A DNA stretch of 64,000 bases from assembly GCA_010015585.1 (NCBI GenBank), contig ML975160.1. One strand, given 5' to 3'. The notes beneath the pieces were generated by a model. The model was not told the origin of the DNA and ran no database searches. It saw only the letters and a list, made by a program, of their open reading frames with translations. This document shows, piece by piece, positions 11,395 to 22,908 of this stretch. The position numbers and the translations under genes are program-made. The stretch is from Eremomyces bilateralis CBS 781.70. Its lineage: Eukaryota. Position 1 is the stretch's first letter. Each line of letters starts with the position of its first letter.

Positions 11395-12911
11395 GTTCCA
11401 CTTGGTATGGAAAATTGCTTTGCTCTAGGCGAATAGAGAAGTGGGTATTCCTGATCACCTAGAGCGGAGTCTTGGATTCTGTGACACTGTTTCTCCGAGA
11501 TATCTCTTAGAACCTCACAGAAGCGAGGGAAGATTGAACTGGGCTAGGAGAGGTAGGAGACATTCGGCAATGAGGCCACAATAGTAGCGTCCTTGAATTG
11601 CATAGAAATTTAAATAAGAAATATACTGCAAATATGAGATTCAATGACTTGAATAGAAAGCGAAGGCTGAACAATGGTGAATGGTGTAAGTCCGCTCGAA
11701 CCTTTCCCCATTCGATGATGAACCTTTAGAACGGAACCCCATTCCAAATGCCGATAGATTCACCCAAGCTCTCTAGTTTCACAAACATCTGTTTTTCCTA
11801 CATTATTGCAATCGACTTCACCAACGGTTGCGTGTCCAGGCCGTCATGCGGCGTCGCAATGTGGCCCATGTGAAGAGTGAGGCAATTCAATACGACGACA
11901 CTGTCTCAAGAAGCGGATCAACGGATATCATCTCCCGGGACGGCCGCGAAGGCGTCCAATGTAAGGCACCCCCACGATGGTGGCACCGAGCCTTCTAGCG
12001 ACAGCTTTGCTTCCATTGTGCTTCGTACGACGCGTCGACCAACCATTGCGCATGGAAGAAGTGATGAGAAGGTGTCATCTTTCTTGTCACGAAGAGCCGG
12101 AAGGAGCTGTACCGATATGGTGGGACGATCCCGTCTGGATCGTTGATCAGCACTCAGCTGGGCTGAATAGCGAGTAGGAGATGCAGGTGGCGTTGTGATG
12201 AAGCGCGGAATGCCTTGAAATCGTCAACGACGATCCTCGGAAACGCACAAGCCACCGTCCACTTGAACCTCCATGGATCCGCGAGATTTTCCAACGCTTC
12301 CACGACTTTACTTTCATCAACTCCTATTTCCTTTCCCGATCTCAAACCACTATTGCTACGCGTAGTAAGTCTTATCGATTATCGAATATATAAGGACGTG
12401 CCAGCCGTTGTGGTCAATGTGTCCGTAAACCCTCCCAGCGTCTGGCATCAACCTGGCGTCAGGCACATGGCAGATGTCCCCCGTATCCCAAACGCAACGT
12501 TGGATCCAACAGAGGTTTGATATTAGATGATCTTCCTTGCTTCAGATATCGTCCTTATGTAACAAGCTATGAAACACAACCTTAACGTCTCGCCTTCCTT
12601 TCTGGCCCACGCGTCCATCCACCGGAGCCATCGAACATCTGAGCGCAAGCGGACTATCATCGAATCCCGATTCATTCTAACTTCCCCCTTGCTATGTCGT
12701 ATTTGATAGTTGGGTTCGAACACATTTGATGGAGTCCTGTTCCCTGGAGTATGAGCCACAGTTGACAAACGGAGCCCTACCCCCCCGACAAACGGAGCCC
12801 TACCCCCCCTTACCATCAACTGGAGGGAGATCAGGGATGGGCTGCCGTTTTGTCAACGGGGATTTGGTACTTCTATTCTTCTGTCAGAGCTCTTCCTCTT
12901 GCAGCCCATCG

Positions 12912-15437
12912 TTATTGGCTCGACTTTTCGACGTTGTCAATTTCCCTTGATTCGTAAAGGCCCGTTGTGGCTGGCGATTGACTTGCCACTGAGGTACCAG
13001 CTGGGCTTGCTTCTCTCGATGCACCGGAGAACGCATAGTTCGAAGATTGATCGCTGCTAAGGATTTCCAGAGAACTCGCAGGACCCATGGCCTGTGTTTG
13101 TGGAGTGGTGGGCCGAGCTGCTAGATGCGAGCTGCGTTCATCTGCTTTCTGCGATTGAGTTGACTCGACGTTCACTACGCGGTGGTCAATCACCTCTCAT
13201 TCTCGGATGATCGAACCCACTTATTTTGCCTCTGATCAGCTGCTCGTTTGGCTGGTATGGGGTCACGGAGCTGGGCGCTTTTAATCGTATTGGCAAAGTC
13301 CACTTCGATAGAGGGTTTCTCAAGATCTGTTGCAGTGAGTGACATTAATACCTTACATTTTAAAGAATTTCCAAGTATTGGAGCAACGTACCAGTTGGGA
13401 ATGAACCCCCACTTGTCTTAAACCTTCGCAAGGTCTTGTTGCAGCTTCTACATGTCTCCAATTTGTCCTGCTGTCTCTTTATCTTCTCTAGAGTCTCGGT
13501 TTCTCCAACAAGACGATTGCAATCTTCGGTGGACATGGTAGCCACCATTTCGGCAGAAAGGATATCCTCGAGACCTTCAAGCAAACAGTTCTCGATTCCG
13601 AGCACGATTATATTGTCAATAAAAATCTTGACTTTGATCTCGCATTAGACTTCCAAGCTGTCAATGATATCAGCAGCTCCATTCACCGTGGGGGAAGACT
13701 GCGACGTGGGTCTGTTAGATTTTAGTGCTGCTAGCTTGTTGAGATATTCCGGGGCGCAGGTCATGGGAATTCCGCTGATGTGCGGCTTCAAAAGCATTCT
13801 ACATATCCGATCCAACTCTTGCTTCCTTGCCTCCAATGCAGGTCCAATGATTTCTTCCATCACTAGACCCGCAACACGCTTGTCTGTCAAGTACACAAGA
13901 GCTTGGTCGAAGAATTGTTGCACATATAGCCACGCTTCATTCTGTTGAATGTTGACAATGTTCGGCCATTTCTGCACCTCAGCTTGGTAGAGATCCGTAA
14001 TCAGAGCGGCGTTTGGGAAGCCTGGCAGGTTAATCCCAGCATTGGCAGCCTCCAGAGTCTGAACGCGTGCTACTTCTTGAGCCCAAAGAGTCCAATTGGC
14101 AGGATGGCCTTCAGGTAGCACTTCGACGATTCGCATTCTCTTCCCTTGAGTCAACATGTGGTTCTCAAACGCTTGGTTCTGGTGAAAAATCTGGGCACGA
14201 ATCCGTCGCTTATCTCGATTTTGGCCTTCACCACCTTTGAAGAATCCATGCGTATAGACCCCATTCTTGGCAGACTGTATTAAGGCTTGGGGTCACTTGC
14301 TTTTCAAAACAGATACCGGCTCTGTTGTTCATTGGAAACACGCAGCTCACCAAGTTCTCGAAGCTCTTCGCACGTTACGCTGCCCCGGTCGATTTGGGTC
14401 ATGAGCTCTGGCAATGCTGCGCTAACGGCATCGCGGATAGCCTTACTCAATCGCGTCCTCAATGACTTGACACCCTTGGGGTTCTCATCCAGATCCACCC
14501 ATCGATCTTGGCTGAAGAAGTCGGTCTCGCTTTCATCTCGTTGTTCAATTGACTAGTCTTTCTTGGTTGAAGGGCGGTTCTTGAGGACGTGCCAGCCGTA
14601 TCTACTTGATTGTTAGATACCAAGCCTCGAAAGCTTTGATTATACTCCGCCGTCAAACATACCCGAAAATGCAGAGAGGATCTTCATTCGCGAGGATCTT
14701 GAAAACTCTGTCCTCCATCTCAGGCCCAGGGTTCAAGTCTGGCTTTGTAACGACGCCGAGGGTTCTGGAACCTTTCGGATCATATTCCTTAATCACGTCG
14801 AGGATCAAATTCAACTCCGGGTCTAAGTTGCCGTGGATTACTGCCATGATAATGGCGCGCTCATTCTTGAGGTATATGTCAAGAAGCTGCAATAGGATAT
14901 CCTTGAATGTCGGGTCTCTCCTCTTGTCACCATGTGCATAGATGATACCCGGCAAGTCGATCAGCGTTAAATGTGGCTGATTGGGTCCGCGTACTTCGAT
15001 GCGTAGGACGTCATCGTAGTAAGCCCTGGATGTCCCGTTAGAGGCAGTTTTGAGCGCATTCTGCGCTTCCTCAATGATACCCGAAATCGCATCTAGGCCC
15101 GTAGCCGCTTTGAACTTTTCGAAAAGTGGCTCAACGAGCTTCGGCACATTGCTCTCTGAACCAGGAACGATGGAAACTTTGGTAGTTGAAGATGAGTCTC
15201 TACGGAGGACCAGCTCCGTTGCCCAGCGTGTGCCTGTGCCTTCTGCAGCTGGAAACCGAAAGCCAGATATTGCTTCAGGAACGGAACTCTTTCCAGCAGA
15301 TTAGTCGCCGCACACAACCAGCCGGGGAAATGCAAAATACTTGTCAAGACGGTGAGGGGAATGAAACACACTGGGAGCGAGCCAACTCGGCTGGGAACTG
15401 GAATGCCGATTAGCTCAGAGACCATACTGAGCAGCAT
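12912..15437 (-). pseudogene. Mx-like/dynamin-family GTPase pseudogene
   Basis: PRLVVCGD*SAGKSSV (TAA at 15301-15303 within the P-loop), TRWATEL, LTLIDLPG, GVVTKPD, GWHVLKNR and the GED-like FIDNIIVLGIENCLL. Further stops near 14553, 14304 (with a frameshift) and 13645. Both ends approximate. Confidence 0.85.
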
Positions 15438-15545
15438 ACGGGACTCTAAGCTTTCAATGCTTGTTAATGCACATTTATATTCATTTCTGGGAGACTTTGG
15501 ACGATGTGTGGGACTTTGAAAGGGAAGCAGTTGAGATAGAGAAAC

Positions 15546-15585
15546 GATGGTGGTGATGGTGGTGATGGTGGTGATGTTGGTGATG
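15546..15585. repeat. GATGGTGGT microsatellite
   Basis: About 4 copies of a 9-bp unit between the dynamin pseudogene start and the transposon. Confidence 0.8.
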
Positions 15586-15620
15586 TGCTTGACGGCGCTA
15601 AACTCCGTATTCAGGGGCTC

Positions 15621-17063
15621 CAGCGGAGGACAAAAATAGCGGGACTCATTTCAGGCCTTGGCAGACCACCACCAAAATCTCTATTCACCTTCCATTTAGA
15701 TAATCAATTAATATGGCTCCCCAAACCCGTGCAGCAGCTCTATTAGCTGAAGATCGTAGAAAAAGGCCTCGAGAACATATTACAACACCTACAAAAGCGA
15801 AAATTAAGGGTGCTATTGAGTATATTAACGATACAAGACGTATCGATGGTTTTAATCGGACTTACACTCACGCCGATATCTTCCGCCGTTATGGTGTATC
15901 CAAAACCAGAGGATATGAGTACGCCAAAGCGGAAACAGAGCGGAGGGAACGGAATATCCCTAATCGACGCGAAACAAGAGGTCGACCGCCTAAAATCACC
16001 GACGAAGATATCCAACGGATGACCGATATCCTCGAGAGCGCTGACTGCGCCGAAGAACGAGCTATTGATTGGGATACACTCGCGCTTGAGACCGGACTCG
16101 ATGTTTCTAGCCGAACAATTCGTCGAGCTATGGAAAAGCATGGATACTTCAAATGCGTCGCGTGTCGGAAGCCGTACTGCAACAAACAGCTGGCCGAGAT
16201 GCGATTGAACCGCGCGAAGCTTTGGCTCGATAAGTATCCGACTCCGGATCACTGGAAATATATCAGATTTAGCGACGAAGTCCATTTCGGGATGGGGCCT
16301 CAAGGGAAGCTCGTTATTATCCGGAAACGCGGCGAACGGTACTGTCCCAAGTGTATCCAACGCGTGGAGGAATGGGACGACGCAGAGAAGCTCAAAGTCC
16401 ACGCATGGGCCGCGGTGGGCTACGACTTCAAGTCCCCCTTACCTTTTACGTGATACCGACGAATAAAAACGGGAAGATGACGCAGGACGTCTATCTCAAG
16501 GAGATACTCCAGACGGAAGTTCAGGAATGGGTCGACCGTGGAGATTTCTTCGTTTTAGAGGAGGATCAAGACTCAGGCCACGCACCGCCGCGGTCAAGGA
16601 AAAAAGGCAATGCCGTACAACAATGGAAAGAGCAAAATGGCGTACATTCGTACTTTAATTGCGCAGGATCGCCGGATCTTGCGATCATCGAGGACTGTTG
16701 GCAACCGACGAAGCAATACGTACGGAAATATCGCCATTTCAATCCCGAAGAGACTCGTGAATTAGCGATCGAGGCCTGGGGAGAGCTTAAACAGGAATGG
16801 ATTAATAAACGGGTACTTTCTATGCCTGATCGACTTCGAAAGGTGATCGAGGCTGGTGGTCAACTGATTGGTTATGGGGGCGGATTGGCGGGCTAACCGC
16901 CGCATTTTTTACCTATAGACTGTTTGTATAAGACTTAATAACGTCACCTTCCATTTTGACGTGGATTGACTGCGTTATTGTGAATATATCTGTTTTTATA
17001 TAGAAATCTGTACGGGGTGGTGGCGCCAAGCCCAATGTGAGTCCCGCTATTTTTGTCCTCCGC
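15621..17063 (+). mobile_element. Tc1/mariner (impala-like) DNA transposon, about 1.44 kb
   Basis: Perfect 26-bp inverted repeats GCGGAGGACAAAAATAGCGGGACTCA at 15623-15648 and 17038-17063, enclosing a DDE transposase. The left end starts CAGCGGAGGACAAAAA. Confidence 0.92.
15713..16896 (+). pseudogene. Tc1-family DDE transposase with a single frameshift near 16433-16440
   Basis: RGRPPKIT, VSSRTIRR, FSDEVHF, LEEDQDSGH and SPDLAIIEDCW. Adding one C to the C5 run restores KSPLTFYVIP and joins ORFs 15713-16453 and 16351-16896. Confidence 0.9.
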
Positions 17064-17675
17064 GGGGGAGGGGGTGTTTCAAGGGCAATCCATGCCTTTG
17101 TCCTGCGACCTTCCAACGTTAGGAATGTTTGTAGATATTACCTATTTCTAAACAAAGTACCTCAAAGTCGACATCTAGTCGAAGCGCCAAATCGAGCAAA
17201 GGAGAGTCCGCCAAATACCTGGAGCCGGCTAACGTTGAAACGGCCTGTTTAGAACGCGGTGGCTTCTACGGTTCTACCATGCTCCTGAGGCACATTGTCC
17301 CGACGACTACTTCTAGCGTCAATTATTTAGGGTAACCGATGGAATACTCCAGAGTTCGGGGCCATCAGCTTCGCGAGAGAGACGGGGCGTGAATGGCTTG
17401 TAAGTGGGACTTTTGATTAAAGACAGCAATAATCTCAATATAATACATGCGCAGCACACTCCCTTATCCCGGAGTCAATTGTAGAAATATTCCCATCAGT
17501 GGTGTTGTACTATCCGAACCTCCGCAGTTGTCCCCTTTGCAACTAGGAGTAGCTGCTCCATGGGAGAATATTCCCTGGCACTGGTTCGCACAGCAGACCA
17601 GCCAAATGTGTTCGAAGGGAGGGAAATTGTTGGTCTCCCGAATGCTAATGCAATTGCGTAGTCTCCGAACTTCCC

Positions 17676-20658
17676 CTATGAGACGGGCCCTTTTCCGAAT
17701 CCGCCAAACGGGTGACTACCGCTCGTCTCAAAGCCTGACTGTGAAGGTTTAGTGCCTGTAGTAGGGACAGGGGGCGTCCCTAGACCTCCGAAATTTTTGC
17801 TCTGGCCAAATAGTGACGTAGTTCGTGGTTCTGGGGGTGTAGTGCTTGCGCCATTGCGGGCCGTCGATCCATGTGGCAAATGGGCGAATAAGCTTGGGAT
17901 ACTCCGTCCGGGCGTTAACGGGCCAGCAGAGGCGCTCGTGCTGCCAACGGCGCCTGCCGCACCGCCAGTTGGCTGGGCCGAGTTTCTTCTTGAATAGTCA
18001 GCCAATTTCAACTCTTCGAAGGAATAGTCTTCGTGTGGAAAGATGGATGTTATGCTGTCAAAAATCTCGGTCCGACCCCTAGAATCCTTTTCGCTCAGGA
18101 AGCCGGGATGAGATACCACTTTGTTATTTAGAGTCTGGCTTGAAGGAGAAACAGACTGGCTAGGAGAGGTGTTAAACGGGGTCTAGTACTCCCGTATGAG
18201 TATGACTACCTACTTGGGTGGTGCGATTTTGGGAAAAGCGAAGGCTTGGTTGCCGGAAGTGGAAGGTTCGCCTATGATCCTTAGGGTACTTAATGGCGAC
18301 ACAGCGGACACTAAAGGAGTAGTGGCAGCCGGGCTGATATTATTTGCAGGTACATTCGGGCCTCCGCCGGGAGACTGTCCTGTATTTCTAGGACCTTGTT
18401 CAGGATAGCGGTTAGTGGTATTTCTCGTTCGCTCAGAACGTTTGACTAACCAGCTAGTCCCCCATGCTGCCCACCAACCCTATTACCAGCAGTGTTTGTC
18501 TGTTGGATGCTAGAAGAATCGGGTGGATATAGGCCTGTCATAGATCAATAACATGGTCGAATCAACGGCTGCGGAAATAAAACCTACCTTGGTCCTTCAG
18601 TTTTTCTGCAGATATCATCCTTTTCAACAAGGCTTGAGCAGCTTTCAAGGCTACTAAGGAATTGCTTGCTGAACGTCGAGCCTCTCCAATATCTTCGTCT
18701 TCCCCGGCAAGTCTCCCTAGCGTGTCATTATCCATGGCAGCCACAGTCGCAAGAGGAAGGGTATCTTCCAACTGGTGTAAGAGGCAGCTCTCGATGGCGA
18801 GAACGGCTACATTGTCAACCAGTATTCTCAATTTGATTTTATGGTATGTTGCCAGGCCGCTCAAAATAAAGTTCGCATAATGTTTCTCAGGGGCTTCCTC
18901 AGGTGAACCTCTGGCATCTCCGCCACCCAGCTCATCAGCGAGTACCCGACACTGTTTTTCATAGTCTGGGTCATATGTGATCGGGTGGCCTGCTTCATGA
19001 GGCTTCAACAACAACGAGCACATCTCTTGAAGTTCATGGTGGCGGGTCTCCAGCACATCGGATAGAATCTCTTGCATGATGAGATGTGCTGTTCGCTCAT
19101 CTGTAGCCGCTTGCAATGCCGCATAGAGGAATCCCTTGACATAGTTGAAAGTTGCCTCTGCATGCTTCAGTGTGACGTCTCGCCAATTCCCTTTGACCTC
19201 TTCACGAAAAAGGATCCCTAGGAGTTCGGAGTTTTGGAATCCTGGCAAGCTTTGTCCACGATATTTGGATGCTGTTTGTGAGACTGCATCCAGCGCTTCT
19301 GCTGTCCGACCGTTCTTGAACAGTGCTAGGACAGTACCCCTTTCGGGTTTTTGTACCGCCATTTCGTTGCTGTATTGTCCATTTCGGTCGTGGATATTCG
19401 CGCGCAATGTTGTCTTAATTCCCTGCCGTTGAGTGCTGAAAAATGGATCGCTGAAGTCGCCCTTTTTCCCACAGATGATGAGCTCTCGGAATTTCGTCAC
19501 AGTGTCCACCAGATACTTCCTCTGCTGCTCAGGCGTGGCTCTTTCTGGTCCAAATTTTCGAATCTGGAGCGAAATGTCGTTGATCCGTGTTTCAACGCCC
19601 TTGGTGAGTTGAGGCAACACATTTCCAATGCGCTTGAAGAGAATGGCACTGAGACGACAGCGAAGGGAACGTACACCCCAAAGGTTCGGATCCGCTCCAC
19701 TCCAAATGCCTTTGCGGAAGAACTCACGTTCACAAGCGTCGCGTTCGACGTCGGTAGTATTTAGCGTGGACTGGTCGCGATTCTTCAGTACGACCCAACC
19801 ATACTCAAATCCTCCATACTTGGAGTGCCGGTTCTTTGCAAGCTCGACAGCCACAGATTCTAGATCCGACCCGGGTTCGACACGGTCGGGCTTTGTGAGA
19901 ATGGCAAAGGTCCTCTTTCGTTCCTTGTCATATTGGTTGACAAAGTCCAATACCCTTTGGTTGGATGTATATTGATGAGTTTCAAGAACAGGCAATATAA
20001 TTGCGCTTTCGTTGCCGAGATATTTGGTGGCTATCCTTTTTGCTGCGTTCACGTCTTCGCTATCGCCTTCATGAGTGATACCAGGAAGATCGACCAGTGT
20101 GAGATGAGGTAGGTTGGGACCACAGACTTCGATTCGAAGGGTGTCCTCTATAATGAAGCCGTGATCGCTGTCTCGATGGGCCAGGTGGAGCACGGCTTGT
20201 TCTTCTGCTAGCAATTTTGCGAGATGGTCCATATCCGTACAAGTGGTCGCACGTTTTGTGAAAGCTTTCAAGGCGCCGGATGTTGCACATTCCGGATCTG
20301 CTTGGATCACAGAGACATGGACGACATGGCTTTCGGCCCTCTTTAGGATGAGCTCTGTGGCCCATCTTGTACAGCCTGTCTCCCTAATTGGGAAACGAAA
20401 GCGGGAGATGGCTTCCAAAACAGAACTCTTGCCAGCAGACTGAGCTCCGCAAATGATGAGCTGTGGCATAGGGACATGATTGCATATTCCTTGCTGGCGG
20501 ACTTCGTGGATCAGGTTAAGCAGTTGTTGCTGATCCCTTTGAAGCTCTAACATAGCATTATGGTCCATTTGAGTGTCTAGACCTGATAGGTCCACGGTCT
20601 CGATGCACTCTCTATGTGCCACCTCAGCCACCATGATGAGTTGACGTGTCATTGGCAT
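17676..20658 (-). CDS. Mx-like dynamin GTPase with spliced C-terminal GLEBS/FG tail; exons 20658-18588, 18534-18451, 18394-18214, 18159-17676 (about 939 aa)
   Basis: G motifs GAQSAGKSS, CTRWATE, DLPG and TKPD, plus stalk and GED. Three 53-56 bp introns (GTAGGT..CAG; GTTAGT..CTAAC..AAG; GTAGGT..TTAAC..TAG) keep the frame into ORF 17676-18119. Start codon uncertain. The dynamin call is firm; the tail fusion is predicted. Confidence 0.8.
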
Positions 20659-20870
20659 AACAGGGGATAAAAGACAAGTCAGGAGGACAAAGCGAAAGAC
20701 CAAAGCGATAGTAGAGGCAAAGATGGTCCCTCCCACAATTCGTGTAAGGAAAGGCACGAAAGATTCTCTAAATCCGTTGAAGCAAAGAAGGTTTGTGTTT
20801 ATAGACGGACATCTTTCGAGATGCTGAGGTTTGAACAGTTGAAGTGAATCAACAACACCTCAGCAGCGTA

Positions 20871-20886
20871 TACTCCGTACGGAGTA
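20871..20886. other. Perfect 16-bp palindrome TACTCCGTACGGAGTA in the divergent dynamin/DUS1 promoter
   Basis: Read directly from the sequence; function unknown. Confidence 0.6.
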
Positions 20887-21170
20887 GTACCCACATTATT
20901 AATTACTGGAGTTATCAACATGAGTCATGCATCGGTCAGGGACTCCATTACAAAAGCCCGAACTGACTCAAGCACGAATTTTCTTAAACATTTGTCCGAC
21001 GTATCTCAACTTCAGTCTTCATTCGCCATCTACACAACTCTCAGTCCATACCACGGCTCATAGGACGACTAGACACCTATCCCAAGATACTGTTCATTAC
21101 ATATCCGGCGCGGTTTGCGCATCCCAGGACACTCGCAGCCACCAAATATCTCCGACCTCTCCACGCCACC

Positions 21171-22908
21171 ATGCACAGCAACCTCTCCCCCGAGCCGTCA
21201 GTGGTTACCATACAGGCGAACGGCGAGCCGCCGCTCAAGAAGCCTAAACTCCATGGACGAGCATTCTACGAAAACTTAGGCAGCCCGAAACTGATTCTGG
21301 CACCTATGGTGGACCAATCCGAGTTTGTACGTCTGATATCCCAAACAGATCGTCTTCCTGTTACTTATATATCACTAGGCATGGCGCATGCTCTCCCGCT
21401 CGTTCTTCCCTCCCGAACTACGCAGCAGCCTCCTCGCGTACTCGCCGATGCTCCATTCCCGGCTCTTCGTGAAGGAAAGCAACTACCGAGCGTCGAGCTT
21501 CCAGCCGCTGAAGACCGCGATCCCCGAGCCGTCGGAAGGCAATTCGCCGCCGAACCCGGACGAATGGCACCTGGATGGCAACCCGAAGTTTGATCGGCCG
21601 CTGTTCGTCCAGTTCTGCTCGAACGAGCCGGACGATTTCCTCGGCGCCGCGCGGTATATTCAGCGGTACTGCGATGCAGTGGACCTGAACTTGGGGTGTC
21701 CGCAAGGGATCGCGAAGCGGGGGAACTACGGCGCGTTCTTGCAGGAGGACTGGGAGAAGATCCACGCGCTGATCAGCGCGCTGCATAAGGATCTGGATAT
21801 ACCCGTGACGGCGAAGTTCCGGGCGCAAGAAACCAAAGAGAAGACGCTGGAGTATGCGAAGATGATCTTGAGCGCGGGAGCAAGCATTATCACCGTCCAT
21901 GGGAGGCAGAGAGAGCAGAAAGGACACAATACTGGACTAGCGGATTGGTCGATCATCAAGTACCTGCGCGACAACCTCCCACCGGAGACCGTGATCTTCG
22001 CGAACGGCAATATCCTCCAATACCAGGACATCGCTCGATGCTTGGAGGCGACCGGTGCCGACGGCGTCATGAGTGCCGAAGGAAATCTATCGGACCCTTC
22101 CATCTTCGCACCCCCTCCAGTGGGCGACGATAATCCCGAGTACTGGCGCGGCGTCGACGGCGAAGGCGGCTGGCGCGTCGACGCCGTATTCCGTCGCTAT
22201 ATGGACATCATCCACCACTCTGTCCTCGGGGTCGCCCCTCCCCCCCGCGCCCCGCTCTTCGATCCCCGCGCTCCCTCCTCCCCCCAATCCACCCCGTCGA
22301 CCGCCTCCCCCGGCGCGGAAACGGAACCCTCCGAACCTCCCCTAAAAAAACAGCGCCGCACCGACCCACCCGCGAAACCCAAAAAGCAAAAACGCTGCCA
22401 CGAGCCGAACTTGGTCGCCATGCGCTCCCACCTCTTCAGCCTCCTCCGCGCACTCGTCTCCGAACACCACGACATCCGCAACGCCCTCGCCCGCACCCAA
22501 ACCGCCGACGTCGACAGCTACGAGCGCGCCCTGCAAATGGTCGAGAAGGCCGTCCGCCAGGGCCTCGTCGACTATGAGGCCTCCCACGCGGCCGCGCGCA
22601 CCAACGGTGCCCAACCACCCCCGGCGAACGCCGACGCGCCTATCGACGACTCCACTGAGAGCTCCCGCGGCGCGATCGAGCGGTGCGACCGGCCGTGGTG
22701 GATCTGCCAGCCGTATATTCGGCCGCTGCCGCATGAGGCGGTGGAGAAAGGGTCGTTGACGTTAAGTAAGAAGGAGAAGAAGCGGCTGGCGGAGCAGGGG
22801 CAAGTGGTTGCGAATGGCGCGGAGAACGGTGCATGCGACGTGCAGGCGCCGACGGAAAAAATCGCGGTGGACGAGGTTGTCCAGCCGGCGGTGGCGGCGA
22901 CTGGGTGA
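21171..22908 (+). CDS. DUS1: tRNA-dihydrouridine synthase 1 (intron 21327-21378)
   Basis: LAPMVDQSEF|AWRML, DRPLFVQF, VDLNLGCPQGIAKRGNYGAFL, ITVHGR, ANGNI and DGVMSAEG. Confidence 0.95.

Noticed and set aside
12763..12810. Short tandem duplications (GACAAACGGAGCCCTACCCCCC x2; also AGGCTTCTATAC repeats near 50023-50052)
   Set aside because: These are local slippage duplications with no evidence of function.
12870..12915. GLQEEEL*QKNR in the tail of the dynamin pseudogene as a second GLEBS motif
   Set aside because: Only EEL matches; the EKD, SIT and DY elements are absent and the frame is uncertain.
16430..16453. Programmed -1 frameshift in the Tc1 transposase
   Set aside because: There is no X XXY YYZ slippery heptamer in frame; a 1-bp deletion or sequencing error in the C5 run is simpler.
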